64,000 nucleotides of DNA from Cyanobacteriota bacterium (GCA_046045965.1 JBJOKS010000026.1:1-64000), one strand, 5' to 3'. Counted from the first letter of the stretch, positions 1-11,737 are shown. Program-made: numbers and translations. The notes: a model not told the origin generated them from the sequence alone.

Positions 1-126
1 AAACCAAATGTTAAGTTAATTGTCGCTCCTTTTCCCGATCTACAACGAGGATCTGACCAGTTTTTTTTCAACAATTCTCTCAAAGCCTCTTGACAAAAGA
101 CTTTCAGGCTTAACTTGTCACCAATG
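1..126 (-). mobile_element. Probable left end of an IS4-family element; transposase would lie outside the window
   Basis: Minus strand reads CATTGGTGACAAGTTAAGCCTGAAAG...GGAGCGACAATTAACTTAACATTTGGTTT, resembling the left end and leader of cyanobacterial IS4-family elements as recalled; no transposase visible. Confidence 0.5.
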
Positions 127-280
127 AACCTATGAAACAAAAAAACAGAATGTTTTAAAAGTATGTCATGGTGTATACAGAATTTTATATCCCTGATTAT
201 GAATCTTAAAATTACTGGATTAGAGTGGATAATAAAATATCGAAAACAGCATCCAAAACTTTTAAAACTTCCTCATAGGG

Positions 281-922
281 TTACACTAAACTTTTCAACC
301 TTTCAACATCCCCATTCATAATCACATCAAGATTACGGGTGATTTTCTCAATTTCCCAATCCCACCAACGAATAGAAAGCAGGATTTCTATTTCTTCATT
401 GCTAAAACGCTGTTTTATAGGAACTGCGGGATTACCACCTGCTATAGTGTAGGGTGGAATATCTTTAACTACTACAGAACGTGCTGCAATTATCGCACCA
501 TCACCTATTTTCACTCCTGGCATAATTAAGGAATCAAAACCTATCCAAACGTCATTACCTATGATGATGTCACCTTTACTGGGTAAGTTCGTTAAATCAT
601 TCATTGCTGCTTCCCAACCATTACCAAAAATCGGAAATGGGTAAGTAGAGATACCATCAAGTTTGTGATTTGCACCGTTCATGATGAATTTTACATGAGT
701 GGCGATCGCACAAAACTTACCAATAATTAAAGAGTCATCACCATAGTTATAAAGAACATTTTTTTCAAACTCCTCCGGGTTTTCTGGATCATCATAATAA
801 GTGTAGTCACCAATAATAATATTGGGTGATTTGATGAAGTTTTTAATAAAGCAAACCCGATGATGTTCTGGTATGGGATAAGGATTATTAGGATTTGGTC
901 CAAATTGTTCTATTAATTCCAT
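281..922 (-). CDS. Vat/CatB-related xenobiotic O-acetyltransferase (hexapeptide repeat)
   Basis: GDYTYYDD, IGKFCAIA, GANH, IGNDVWIG, GGNPA and WWDW motifs. Confidence 0.9.
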   Translation of the reverse strand: MELIEQFGPNPNNPYPIPEHHRVCFIKNFIKSPNIIIGDYTYYDDPENPEEFEKNVLYNYGDDSLIIGKFCAIATHVKFIMNGANHKLDGISTYPFPIFGNGWEAAMNDLTNLPSKGDIIIGNDVWIGFDSLIMPGVKIGDGAIIAARSVVVKDIPPYTIAGGNPAVPIKQRFSNEEIEILLSIRWWDWEIEKITRNLDVIMNGDVERLKSLV

Positions 923-937
923 GAACTTTACACACTC

Positions 938-3262
938 CTATTTCATCACCTGCCAAATTTTAACAGTTTTATCCGAACTACCACTAGCGAGAACTTTACC
1001 ATCCACACTCAGGGAAATAGAATTTACTACCCCAGAATGTCCCGTCAAAGTTTGCAAAACTTCCACTGTAGAAATATCCCAAATTTTAATAGTAGAGTCA
1101 GCACTACCACTACAAATAAATTCACAATTTGGACTCACAGCCAGAGATTTTACTTTATTTGTATGTCCATTTAAAGTATTGATCAACTTCCCTGTACTTA
1201 ACTGCCAAATTTTAATAGTAGAATCAGCACTACCACTAAACAAATATTCTCCATTGGGACTGATAGCTATTGATGTCACCTCTCCTAAATGACCTGCAAT
1301 AGTACGTAAAGGATCTCCGTTGCGGGGGTTCCACAATCTAATTTTGTGATCTGAACTGCCACTAGCGAGAATTGTACCATCTGGACTTATGGCAACTGCG
1401 TGAACCTCTGATGAATGCCATAAAGTACAAATTCTTTCTCCTTTTTGTAAATTCCAAATTTTGATTTTATTACTGCCACTAGCGAGAATTGTACCATCGG
1501 AACTAATTGTGACTACATTAACTGGTTTTTGATGTCCTAAAAGTGTATGAATTAGTTTACCTGTTTTCAAATGCCATACTTTGACATTACTTTGTGGATG
1601 TTCACAACTACCCACAGCGAGAAAATTACTATCTGGACTGATAGCTACAGAAGAAATAGCACCTAAATTTCCTGTGAGAGTGCGAATTAATTTACCCGTT
1701 TGTAGATTCCAAATGTTGATAGTTTTGTCTGCACATCCACTAACTAAAATCTCATTATCTGGACTAATAGCTACAGAAGAAACTTTTCCAGAATGTCCAT
1801 TGAGAGTATAGTTAAGATTCGCCATTCCCAAATTACGATTATTTTTCAGAATGGCTATTTCTTCTAAAAGACTCTCAACATAAACCAAATTATCGCTATC
1901 ACCAATGGCAGCAAAATATTGTTTTAAAGTAGTGATATAATTCTCATCCTCTATTTTCAATGCTAGTTGCATTGCCTTTAACGGATGAGTGACTTCTGTT
2001 ATTGATACTTGCCGTAGTTGTAACCAGGTATTAATAGAGTAATCAACTTGTTCCTGTGACCAAGAAGAATTAGAAACATGAGATAAACCGTGAGCTAATT
2101 GTAAAGCTATTTCTGGAACTTTTAAACGTCTTTCATTTTTGAAAGCTTCATAAAGTTGTTTATAACTATTAGTAATTACCTCTAATGCTTGTCTATCTAT
2201 TCCTTCATTAATTAAACTTGGCAGCAATTTGGGTAACAAGGGAGGTACATTATAATTAACCAAGTGATAAACATCTGTCACCCAAGCAGTAACTAAACAA
2301 TGAGAGGTAATTAAAACTTGATAAAGATATTCCCAGTCTTGGGAAGAAGTTTCATATTCTACTGATAAATGACTAACATCTATTCCTTGAGATTGCCATT
2401 TTTCTACTTTTTCTAAAATTTCCAAGTTGCGGCTTTTCTCTTTTCCTAAATCATTAATTACTTCTAAATCTTCTCCTAGTTCTAAAAGTTGTTTTTTAAC
2501 CTTTCTCCATTCTAAAGCCCGATTTTTAGCCGAATCTTGTAAAATCTGCTTATAGGGTAATTTAGAAATAGTTTTATAGTAATAATTATCTTGTCCTAAT
2601 CCCCAATAACCAATGCGGAAATTTAGATAATCTCCATCTTTTTCGGATTCTAAAATTAAAGTAGGTTGGGTTTTTAAAGCACTAAATAAAGCCTTGATAC
2701 TAGATTCACTATGAAACCGCTTACTATCCCAAGCACCAGCTAAAAATTCTATTGGTCTTTCTGGATGATGTAAAGAATAGTGATTATTGATAAATTCACG
2801 CAAACCTTCAGCCAATTTTAGCTCAATTTCATCATTAATTTTTGAGTTGTGTAAGTCAAATTTATCAAACTGTATTTGTGGTGCTGCTAAAAAAACTTTT
2901 AATGGTGTACGTTGATAATTAACAGAAGATTCTAAAAGTTGGGAAGGATATAATCTCAAAGGCCAACTATCCAGAATTTTATGCACTTCTGGTAGTCTAA
3001 TCGCTGTTTCTTTTTCTTGATTAGCTATTTTTAATTGTGTGGCATGATGGTAAACTGCTAATTGCTGTTGCTGGTTCAATTCAGCTTTAGTAATATCTAA
3101 TTTTGTTACATTATCTACTGTGTGAATGAAATCTTGAATTACTTGAAAAATTGGCGAATTGTCGGTTTTTGAGTTGTTTGATGTTTGCTTTTGGATGATG
3201 TTTACCATCACAGGTGCAAAATCTAACACCAGTTGAATTAGTAGATTTAATCCTGGTTGCAT
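938..3262 (-). CDS. WD40-repeat protein with uncharacterised N-terminal region
   Basis: Seven C-terminal GH...SVAISPD...SGS.D.TIKIW repeats. Confidence 0.9.
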   Translation of the reverse strand: MQPGLNLLIQLVLDFAPVMVNIIQKQTSNNSKTDNSPIFQVIQDFIHTVDNVTKLDITKAELNQQQQLAVYHHATQLKIANQEKETAIRLPEVHKILDSWPLRLYPSQLLESSVNYQRTPLKVFLAAPQIQFDKFDLHNSKINDEIELKLAEGLREFINNHYSLHHPERPIEFLAGAWDSKRFHSESSIKALFSALKTQPTLILESEKDGDYLNFRIGYWGLGQDNYYYKTISKLPYKQILQDSAKNRALEWRKVKKQLLELGEDLEVINDLGKEKSRNLEILEKVEKWQSQGIDVSHLSVEYETSSQDWEYLYQVLITSHCLVTAWVTDVYHLVNYNVPPLLPKLLPSLINEGIDRQALEVITNSYKQLYEAFKNERRLKVPEIALQLAHGLSHVSNSSWSQEQVDYSINTWLQLRQVSITEVTHPLKAMQLALKIEDENYITTLKQYFAAIGDSDNLVYVESLLEEIAILKNNRNLGMANLNYTLNGHSGKVSSVAISPDNEILVSGCADKTINIWNLQTGKLIRTLTGNLGAISSVAISPDSNFLAVGSCEHPQSNVKVWHLKTGKLIHTLLGHQKPVNVVTISSDGTILASGSNKIKIWNLQKGERICTLWHSSEVHAVAISPDGTILASGSSDHKIRLWNPRNGDPLRTIAGHLGEVTSIAISPNGEYLFSGSADSTIKIWQLSTGKLINTLNGHTNKVKSLAVSPNCEFICSGSADSTIKIWDISTVEVLQTLTGHSGVVNSISLSVDGKVLASGSSDKTVKIWQVMK

Positions 3263-3479
3263 AAAGAAATCCTAATAGCTATCTAATACAATTAATACCA
3301 ATCTTTTGTTAACTTAATTACAAGAAATATGAAATTTACAGACAGGTAATCTTCTTTACCTACTTCTATTTTTGATTGAGCAAATTAATAGATATTCCCT
3401 ATACTACTATCTTAGGGCATAGTTTTGAGTGACTAACTAAAGATTACAATATAAATGAATTGATAGCAACCATAAAAAT

Positions 3480-3519
3480 GTCAAACATCGGCTAAATTGA
3501 CAACCTAGCTAATGTTTGA
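3480..3519. terminator. Intergenic hairpin
   Basis: GTCAAACATCGGCTA ... TAGCTAATGTTTGAC, 13 of 15 positions complementary. Confidence 0.4.
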
Positions 3520-3670
3520 CTAGCAAATTTCCATATATTTTGAGGAATTTAGTTTGTTATTCTAATAAATCAGCGTGATTGAATTGAGACTAATGTAAGC
3601 TCTAGATTTCAGCTAATAGTTGCTATTTTTAAGTTATAGTTATTGTCTCAAATTCCCAATTTTTGAAAAA

Positions 3671-4060
3671 TTAGAATTTTATTCCTAGTTGTCCATTGAA
3701 ACCGCGTACAGAATTATAACCACCACCGATAAAAATGTGTTTAGTTGCGTTTGCTTGCACTCCACCAGAAAAAGCAACACCTTTATCTTCTGAATAGTAA
3801 CCAACTCCAACATAAGGAGAAATTACAGGTAAATTGATGAATTTTAGGACATCTACACCTGTTGCACCATCTTCACCTGTTCCAAATTCAACCCCTAAAC
3901 CTAATGCTTTAGCACCCACTGCATAGGTAACATCACCATCTTTTCCACCGACAGAAACCCAAGGTTGGGGGACAATTTGTGCTGATGCTTGACTGGGGTT
4001 TAATAATACTAATAAACCCAAGGATGTGATGAGTGTTTTGATAATAAATACTGGTTTCAT
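3671..4060 (-). CDS. Small secreted protein, probable outer-membrane beta-barrel
   Basis: Signal peptide ending ASA, Gly-rich amphipathic strands, PYVGVGY, C-terminal Phe. Confidence 0.7.
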   Translation of the reverse strand: MKPVFIIKTLITSLGLLVLLNPSQASAQIVPQPWVSVGGKDGDVTYAVGAKALGLGVEFGTGEDGATGVDVLKFINLPVISPYVGVGYYSEDKGVAFSGGVQANATKHIFIGGGYNSVRGFNGQLGIKF

Positions 4061-4204
4061 TTTTATATCTCACGCAAAGACGTAAAGACGCAAAGAAAGG
4101 AAGGAAGAGAAAAACAAGGGATTGTACAATACAAATATATGAAAACTGCTGTAAATCTCTCACACATTAAGAGACGTAGTTAGAACATATAAGTTCCTGA
4201 AATG

Positions 4205-4245
4205 GAAAAAGACGCAAAGGAAATGTTTTCTCTCTGCGTCTTTTC
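4205..4245 (-). terminator. Hairpin downstream of argS
   Basis: AAAAGACGCA ... TGCGTCTTTT inverted repeat. Confidence 0.55.
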
Positions 4246-4274
4246 GATATTTTAAGGATTAAATTGCTGGGTTA

Positions 4275-6062
4275 TTACATTCTTTCTAATACCTTAATTC
4301 CTAATAAATCTAATCCTAATTTCAGTGTTTTAGCTGTTAAATCACATAACATCAACCGCGATGTTCTGATAGGTTCTTCAGATTTCAGCACCTGACAATT
4401 TTCATAGAACTTATTAAATTTATCGCTGAGATTATATAAATAATCACATAAACGATTTGGTAATAAATCTTGTTCAACTTCTGCAATTACTTCATCCAGT
4501 TGTAACAAATGCTTTGCTAAGGTTAATTCTGTATCTTCTTTCAGAATAATTTTAGCATCTGTTCCTAAATTTTCAAAGTCAATATTACCTTCTCGACTAA
4601 TACCTTGAGTCCTCACATAAGCATATAGCATATAAGGTGCTGTATTTCCTTTCAGAGCAAGCATCTTATCATAACTAAAAACATAATTGCTAGTGCGATT
4701 TTGGCTTAAGTCTGCATATTTCACCGCACTAATACCAACTACATCAGCAACATTATTAATAAACTCTTCAGTCTCTTCTCTACCTTCTGCTGTTAATCTC
4801 GCTTCTAAATCTGCACGAGTGTGAGAAACTGCTTCGTCTAATAAATCTCTTAACCTTACAGTATCCCCAGAACGAGTTTTAAATTTCTTCCCGTCATCTC
4901 CTAAAACTAAACCGAAGGGAACGTGAACTAATTCCACATCATCTGGTATCCAATTTGCTTTTTTTGCGACTTGTAAAAATTGAGCAAAGTGGTTTGCTTG
5001 TCCCGCATCGGTGACATAAATGATCCGTTTTGCTTTATCTTCTTGAATGCGGTAGCGGAGGGATGCTAAATCTGTTGTTGCGTAGTTATAACCACCATCT
5101 GATTTTTGGACAATTAATGGTAAAGGATCTCCTTCTCGGTTAGTGAAACCTTCTAAGAAAACACATTTTGCACCTTGGTTTTCTTCCACTAAACCAGCTT
5201 TTTCTAAATCTTCTACAACTTTTGGTAAGTAGCGATTATAAAATGATTCTCCTCTTTCTTCTAATTTGATATCGAGTAAATCATAAATTACTTGGAATTC
5301 TTTTCGAGAAGCTTGACAAATGAGCTTCCATGCTGCGTTTGTGAATTCCTCTCCAGATTGTAAATTTACTACTGCTTTCCGGGATCTTTCTTTAAAATCT
5401 TCATCATTATCAAATTTCTTTTTAGCTTCTCTATAGAATTCAACTAAGTCGCCTATATTTATATCACCATGTAAATAATTGCCTTGAGAGGTTTCCATCA
5501 ATATAATGTTGGGATAAATATCAACAAGATGAGTAATTAACATCCCAAATTGTGTACCCCAATCACCGACATGATTTAATCTTAATACGTCATGTCCACG
5601 AAATTCTAAAATCCGCGCAATACAATCTCCAATAATTGTAGAACGTAAATGTCCGACGTGCATTTCTTTGGCAATGTTGGGACTGGAAAAATCAACTATT
5701 TCTTTTTGGGGGTTTTTCGCTTTGGGAACTCCTAAACGAGAATCTGTTTTGATTGCGTTGAGTTGTGCTTCGAGATAGGATGTTTGTAATTTTAAATTAA
5801 TAAAACCAGGTCCTGCAATTTCTGGTTGTTCACAAATATCAGATACATCTAATTTTTCTACTATAGCAGATGCGATCGCTCTTGGCTGCATTCCCAATTT
5901 TTTACTCAGGGATAAAGCAACATTGGCTTGAAAATCACCAAATTTAGGATTACTTGCTGGTACTAAAATCGGATCTACTTTAGTATAATCTGCGCCAAAT
6001 GCAGCCACTAAAGCTTGTTGTAATTTAAGTTTAAGTTGTTCTTGTGTAGCGTTCATATTCAA
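4275..6062 (-). CDS. argS: Arginine--tRNA ligase
   Basis: [18 protein letters not shown] (HIGH), [16 protein letters not shown]-terminal ERM. Confidence 0.98.
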   Translation of the reverse strand: MNMNATQEQLKLKLQQALVAAFGADYTKVDPILVPASNPKFGDFQANVALSLSKKLGMQPRAIASAIVEKLDVSDICEQPEIAGPGFINLKLQTSYLEAQLNAIKTDSRLGVPKAKNPQKEIVDFSSPNIAKEMHVGHLRSTIIGDCIARILEFRGHDVLRLNHVGDWGTQFGMLITHLVDIYPNIILMETSQGNYLHGDINIGDLVEFYREAKKKFDNDEDFKERSRKAVVNLQSGEEFTNAAWKLICQASRKEFQVIYDLLDIKLEERGESFYNRYLPKVVEDLEKAGLVEENQGAKCVFLEGFTNREGDPLPLIVQKSDGGYNYATTDLASLRYRIQEDKAKRIIYVTDAGQANHFAQFLQVAKKANWIPDDVELVHVPFGLVLGDDGKKFKTRSGDTVRLRDLLDEAVSHTRADLEARLTAEGREETEEFINNVADVVGISAVKYADLSQNRTSNYVFSYDKMLALKGNTAPYMLYAYVRTQGISREGNIDFENLGTDAKIILKEDTELTLAKHLLQLDEVIAEVEQDLLPNRLCDYLYNLSDKFNKFYENCQVLKSEEPIRTSRLMLCDLTAKTLKLGLDLLGIKVLERM

Positions 6063-6154
6063 ATATTATCTGTGTCGAAGATCCTAAAGGCTGCCTGAAC
6101 TTTGTATATTTCTAAATGCTTGATTATTTTAACTTGATAACAGTTAATTACGAA

Positions 6155-8473
6155 TTAGGATTGTGATTTAACAACTGTCATTCCTTGAATTCGCCAAGAA
6201 CCTTGTTTACGAATTAAATCATAACGTACCCGCAAGCGATCCTGAGAAGAATTTTTACTTTGTCCCTGTTCATAGAAATAGGTAACTTCTTTAACTGTAG
6301 CTTCTACTACGGCATTATCTGAAGTAGTGTCTTTCTGATTCACAAATTCTACTTTGACATCATGTTCATACTTACGATATCGGCGCTCTGCGATATCTTG
6401 CTTGACAATTGACCGCCATTGTGCAACTACAGAGCCGGTTAAAATTTCATCTAAACGTTCAATTTCATGCTCAGGACCTAAAGCAGCAGCTTTGGTAGAT
6501 AACCAGTTTTTAACCACTTCCTGGGCGATCGCTGTTGTTAGTGGTGCTTGACCAACTTCTGGTTTGCTATTGGGGTCAGGAATGCTCACTGGTGGTTGAT
6601 TCAATTCTATAGCCAAGGGTTTTCCCTGCAAAGTTGGTTTAGGGACAAACATATTGTTTAACCATCCCCAAGCTGTAGAAACCAATAACCACACAACTAA
6701 AACACCTCCCGTTGCTAATAATAACATCAAAACTAAGCGACTTTTTGCGGTTATGGTATTAGGGAAAGTGCGTCGTCGTCGAGCATGAGAATGTCCATTT
6801 TCCCAAATCCGCTCTCGACTGTTAGCTGAAGTTGGTTTGCGTCGCCTACGCTTTTGTGTTTGGCTAGGTGCATCTATATAATTACTGACATTTAGCTGAT
6901 GAGAATATTCAGTTCCTAGCTCTGCTGCTGTCGGCGAATGTTCTCCAGCCATTTCTGGTGTTTGATTGCTGTTGTACCTCCTAGAATGCCATTCTGGTGG
7001 AGAGGAGTAGGCAGATTCAGAGATTTCGCTGGTTGCTCCAGTGGGAAACTCAGGATCAGGTGTGTGGCTATGATTGACTTTCCCATTGGCTACATTGTCA
7101 TAATTGCGATGACGGGGACTATTGATTTGTGATGAAGGAAAAGCCTGATTATTAATCGGAGTCCATTCATTAGTTGTTTGCGTATCTGTTGGTAAAGCCT
7201 CTAAGTAAGCTTGTACCTGTCTATCAGCAAAATATTCTTTTAAAGAGGCTTGCTTGCGGACTAAATCCCGAAAATGAGGAAATACCTCTTTTTGTAACCA
7301 ATGTTCACAGTACAAACAAAGTCCTGGCAACAAATCTGGTGAATCTTGAGATTTTTCCCGAATAATAGCTAAAGCTTCATATTCCTGACTTAGCTCTAAA
7401 ACACGGGTTGCTTCTTCGGTTTGCCCAAGTAACAAAGCACAGAGAGACTGTTCTAGATGCACATCTTGGCGTTTACCCAAATGAATCAACATTTGCTTGG
7501 CTTGACGAATTAAAGCTGGTTGACGTTGGACAAAACCCCTAGCTATCAGGGCATAAACAGCTAAATATGTAGACACAGCAGAAGGACGCTTGCTTTCAGC
7601 TTCAAAAAGTTTATGCTGTTCTGCAACTGTTAAATGGTTGCGTAACTGTTGGATAAATCGCAGAAAATCGTCTATATTTAAACCAGATTGATCATTACCA
7701 GTACCATCAATTCCACCACGCTCTTCTAAAATATTTTGTAATAATTCCAAACCTTGACGGCGTTCTTTGATCTTCTCTTGAGGTAGTGCCAGTAATTCCA
7801 GAATTCTATATGGTCGTAGCTTACACAGATCCGCAGCCATTTCTGCTTGCACACTGGTAAATAGACCTTCACGCATTAGTAATTCTTCCCCAGTTTCCAA
7901 GGATATAGCCGCATTTTCATAATGACCTTGCTGCCATTGTTCACGTCCTAGTTCCAAACAGGCTAAAGCCACTGTGAGAATAATATCTGGTAGTTCAGGA
8001 CTGGCAAAAAATTCCTCACTGTTGAGATGAGAGCCGACTCTAACACCAGCTGGTCTATTTTTATTCACCAGGTGTGGACGACCTAGCTTCAGAACCAATT
8101 CGTATTCTCCCAACTCTTGGAGAAGTAATAAAGCACCAACCAATTCTTCTTGCTCAATTTCGATGCTGAGACTGTGGACATCGTGATTACGGTTGTTGCT
8201 TTCGCTGCTGTTTTCTAATAGCGATTTTGCCCCAGCCCGATTTGGATCATAGGCGTGGGTGAGATAAGCCTGATCATAGGTACTGCGTTCTTTGGGATTT
8301 GATAAAACCACGTAAGCTTCTTCTATGAGTTGTTTACGAGAGGATATAGCTGTAATCGAATACTCCCGTCTGGGCAATTGAACAATGCGATCGCTATAAG
8401 CTTGCCGCAATTGTTCCTCACTTGCCGCCAACGGTAATCCTAAAATCCGGTAGTAATCGAGCGGAATTCGCAC
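6155..8473 (-). CDS. ftn2: Cell division protein Ftn2/ZipN (ARC6 homologue)
   Basis: J-like N-terminus RIPLDYYRILG, DLLPGLC motif, one TM helix, C-terminal IMS/DUF4101-like domain. Confidence 0.93.
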   Translation of the reverse strand: MRIPLDYYRILGLPLAASEEQLRQAYSDRIVQLPRREYSITAISSRKQLIEEAYVVLSNPKERSTYDQAYLTHAYDPNRAGAKSLLENSSESNNRNHDVHSLSIEIEQEELVGALLLLQELGEYELVLKLGRPHLVNKNRPAGVRVGSHLNSEEFFASPELPDIILTVALACLELGREQWQQGHYENAAISLETGEELLMREGLFTSVQAEMAADLCKLRPYRILELLALPQEKIKERRQGLELLQNILEERGGIDGTGNDQSGLNIDDFLRFIQQLRNHLTVAEQHKLFEAESKRPSAVSTYLAVYALIARGFVQRQPALIRQAKQMLIHLGKRQDVHLEQSLCALLLGQTEEATRVLELSQEYEALAIIREKSQDSPDLLPGLCLYCEHWLQKEVFPHFRDLVRKQASLKEYFADRQVQAYLEALPTDTQTTNEWTPINNQAFPSSQINSPRHRNYDNVANGKVNHSHTPDPEFPTGATSEISESAYSSPPEWHSRRYNSNQTPEMAGEHSPTAAELGTEYSHQLNVSNYIDAPSQTQKRRRRKPTSANSRERIWENGHSHARRRRTFPNTITAKSRLVLMLLLATGGVLVVWLLVSTAWGWLNNMFVPKPTLQGKPLAIELNQPPVSIPDPNSKPEVGQAPLTTAIAQEVVKNWLSTKAAALGPEHEIERLDEILTGSVVAQWRSIVKQDIAERRYRKYEHDVKVEFVNQKDTTSDNAVVEATVKEVTYFYEQGQSKNSSQDRLRVRYDLIRKQGSWRIQGMTVVKSQS

Positions 8474-9004
8474 AGCCTACTTCCCCTGCACTGTGTTTAC
8501 GTAGCATCTCCTAGAGATCGACATAATTAACCTAGAGCATTCCAGGCTTGTAAAACCGTGCCATAATCATAGCTTTAATAATACTGTGTATAATATACAA
8601 TTCAAGTGTATATGACAACAGTTTTTTTTGTTTCTTGCTAACACTGGATTTATATCCTCAAAATTAAAATGTGTTGATTTAACCCAGCACCATTAGCACC
8701 CCCAGGATCTTAAATGATGCGCTATGCTAAAGAAAGTTAGCTTTTCGCTGTGATTCTTTAAGTATAGTTGCTGCTGCAACCTCAAGATAGATACTGTTAA
8801 TTAACCTTCAACACTTACAAACACAACTACCGCTTTTGATAGTGGTAGAGATGTTGCACAAACTATAATATAAAATTTAGGATTTGTTGAGGCTGTTCAC
8901 AGTCAGGTAGTGGAAAAAATACCCCCAGCACTGCTTACTCCTGATAACTAGGAAACATAATATATCATAATAAAATTTTCATGACAATTAATTAAACATA
9001 TGTA

Positions 9005-9134
9005 TAAGTAGGTGAACAGAAAAATTTAAAGGTATGTGAAGAAAAGTAAAATCACCCAAAACTCTCTTCCTGTTCCCAGTTCCCTGTTCCCTGTTCCCTT
9101 GCCCCAACGACAATTTTTAACGCCAACCTACTTA
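9005..9134. mobile_element. MITE with TAAGTAGG/CCTACTTA terminal inverted repeats
   Basis: 130 bp, TIRs visible, internal (GTTCCCT)n; relatives at 60162-60287 and 45922-45946. Confidence 0.7.
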
Positions 9135-9461
9135 GTATATTACTAACTTTCTGCTTTCTTGAGAAAAAGCAGGAAACAGCATGGAAGAGAATTTTTGAAG
9201 TGAACTTGATCTAACTTCTCAAAATTGTTAATAGCTATGCAGAAAAACATCTGTGCTAATTGCTAAGGTAAAGAGCGAACATAAACAGCCGCAGCTACGA
9301 CACTGAAGACCAAAAATAAGCAATAAACATTAAAAATGGCGAAATTACACCTTATCCATTCTCTAAAGGTTTTTTCTAAGTCATAAATGAAGATTTTATA
9401 GTTGGATGGTTGACTTTTGCCAAGGCTGGCCTATTTGCAGCTAACATTATTAAGACTTACT

Positions 9462-9587
<126 letters not shown>

Positions 9588-9635
9588 ACTTTAACACCGT
9601 AGCTTTAAATTGTACGAAAGGGATACTTCACAATA

Positions 9636-10673
9636 ATGGTTCAAGAACGCACGTTACCCAAATTTGATGCTGCCACCGTCCAGATTACCAAAGAAGAAGG
9701 ACTGGGATTATACGAGGACATGGTTTTAGGGCGTTTTTTTGAAGACAAATGCGCCGAAATGTACTACCGTGGCAAAATGTTTGGTTTTGTTCACTTGTAT
9801 AACGGTCAAGAAGCCGTTTGCAGTGGTATCATCAAAGGAGCAATGCGACCCGGTGAAGACTTCGTTTCCAGTACCTACCGTGACCACGTTCACGCTTTGA
9901 GCGCCGGAGTTCCAGCCAGAGAAGTTATGGCAGAATTATTTGGTAAAGCCACAGGTTGCAGCAAAGGGCGCGGTGGTTCCATGCATATGTTTTCTGCTGA
10001 ACACCGTTTATTAGGTGGCTATGCTTTCGTCGCTGAAGGTATTCCTGTCGCATCTGGGGCAGCTTTTCAAAGTAAATACCGTCGGGAAGTCTTAGGAGAC
10101 AAAACAGCAGATCAAGTAACTGCTTGTTTCTTTGGTGACGGTGCTGCTAACAACGGTCAATTTTTCGAGACATTAAATATGGCAGCACTATGGAAACTGC
10201 CAATTATTTTTGTGGTAGAAAATAATAAGTGGGCGATCGGCATGGCTCACGATCGCGCTACATCAGATCCCGAAATCTACAAAAAAGCCAGTGTGTTTAA
10301 CATGGTAGGCGTAGAAGTAGACGGCATGGATGTTTTAGCAGTGCGTCAAGTCGCTCAAGAAGCCGTAGCCCGCGCCCGTGCAGGTGAAGGTCCAACCCTC
10401 ATTGAAGCCATGACCTATCGCTTCCGTGGTCACTCCTTAGCAGATCCCGACGAACTCCGCAGCAAAGAAGAAAAAGAATTTTGGTTCTCCCGTGATCCCA
10501 TTAAAAAGCTAGGTGCTTATTTGTTAGAACAAAACCTCGCTACAGAAGCAGAACTCAAAGACATTGAGAAGAAAATTCAGGGTGTCATCGACGATGCCGT
10601 GAAATTTGCCGAAAGCAGTCCTGAACCAGATGCGAGCGAATTATATCGCTTTATCTTTGCTGAAGACGTGTAA
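9636..10673 (+). CDS. pdhA: Pyruvate dehydrogenase E1 alpha subunit
   Basis: [21 protein letters not shown] motif GDGA, YRFRGHS. Confidence 0.98.
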   Translation: MVQERTLPKFDAATVQITKEEGLGLYEDMVLGRFFEDKCAEMYYRGKMFGFVHLYNGQEAVCSGIIKGAMRPGEDFVSSTYRDHVHALSAGVPAREVMAELFGKATGCSKGRGGSMHMFSAEHRLLGGYAFVAEGIPVASGAAFQSKYRREVLGDKTADQVTACFFGDGAANNGQFFETLNMAALWKLPIIFVVENNKWAIGMAHDRATSDPEIYKKASVFNMVGVEVDGMDVLAVRQVAQEAVARARAGEGPTLIEAMTYRFRGHSLADPDELRSKEEKEFWFSRDPIKKLGAYLLEQNLATEAELKDIEKKIQGVIDDAVKFAESSPEPDASELYRFIFAEDV

Positions 10674-10803
10674 CTGGTGATTGGTGACTGGTGATTGGTG
10701 ACTGGTGACTGGGGATAATATTAACTCTTTCTTGCCTTTTGCCTCTTGCCTTTTGCCTTCTATTCCCTATTCCCTATTCCCTATTCCCTATTCCCTATTC
10801 CCT
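10673..10803. repeat. STRR heptamer arrays (A[CT]TGGTG and TATTCCC)
   Basis: Tandem 7-mers directly visible. Confidence 0.9.
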
Positions 10804-10806
10804 CTT

Positions 10807-11679
10807 ATGGTGTTTACCATTGCTCTTCAACAGGAACAATACAAAACCTACGTCCTTTCTGATGAAACCGCTAACTCTCAAGTAGAAGTAGTACCAGAAA
10901 GAGGCGGTATTATTACCCGTTGGCGTATTCAAGGTGAGGAAATTCTCTATTTAGATGTGGAAAGGTTCACTAACCCAGAGTTAAGTATTCGCGGTGGTGT
11001 ACCAATTTTATTTCCCATCTGTGGAAATTTGCCAGATAATACCTACACCTACAACGGTAAACAATATACTCTCAAACAACATGGTTTTGGGCGAGATTTA
11101 CCTTGGGAAGTTACAGAACAACTAACAGAAGGCAAGGTCAGCTTAAGCGTAGTTCTCAAGAGTAATGAGGTAACACGCGCTGTTTATCCTTTTGATTTTC
11201 AAGTAACCTTCTCCTACACGCTGCAAGGTAATTCTTTGGTCATAGATCAGATTTATCAAAACCTGTCTGCTGTACCTATGCCGTTTTCCGCTGGGTTTCA
11301 TCCCTACTTTCAATGTGGGGAAAAGTCCCAGTTAGCGTTTGATATTCCCTCTGGACAGTATCTAGACCAGAAAACCAAAGAAATGCACCCGTTTAACGGT
11401 AATTTCGACTTTGAACAGGATGAGATAGATTTTGCCTTTGGTCATTTACGGAGTAAGACTGCTGCGGTGACAGACCATAGCCGCAAGTTGAAATTGACTC
11501 TTGATTATGACGATATCTATGCTATGCTGGTTTTCTGGACGCTCAAGGGTAAGGATTTTTATTGTCTCGAACCTTGGACGGCTGGCCGCAACTCGCTCAA
11601 TACTGGTGAAAATCTGACTGTGTTAGCGCCAGGAGCAAGCAAAACTACCTCTGTGAAATTAACTGCGGATTTTTTCTAA
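10807..11679 (+). CDS. Aldose 1-epimerase family protein
   Basis: RGGVPILFP, QHGFGR, GFHPYF, CLEPW; start moved from 10705 because the upstream codons are STRR-derived. Confidence 0.9.
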   Translation: MVFTIALQQEQYKTYVLSDETANSQVEVVPERGGIITRWRIQGEEILYLDVERFTNPELSIRGGVPILFPICGNLPDNTYTYNGKQYTLKQHGFGRDLPWEVTEQLTEGKVSLSVVLKSNEVTRAVYPFDFQVTFSYTLQGNSLVIDQIYQNLSAVPMPFSAGFHPYFQCGEKSQLAFDIPSGQYLDQKTKEMHPFNGNFDFEQDEIDFAFGHLRSKTAAVTDHSRKLKLTLDYDDIYAMLVFWTLKGKDFYCLEPWTAGRNSLNTGENLTVLAPGASKTTSVKLTADFF

Positions 11680-11686
11680 AAAACAG

Positions 11687-11715
11687 TTGACAAGCTAGAG
11701 AGAGTTTGCTATATT
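11687..11715 (+). promoter_or_regulatory. Sigma70-type promoter of tRNA-Lys
   Basis: TTGACA-N17-TATATT. Confidence 0.75.
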
Positions 11716-11737
11716 AAGAAAGTTGCGAAACGCAAAA

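Noticed and set aside
10705..10806. N-terminal extension of the aldose epimerase
   Set aside because: Translated STRR sequence; ATG 10807 is more plausible
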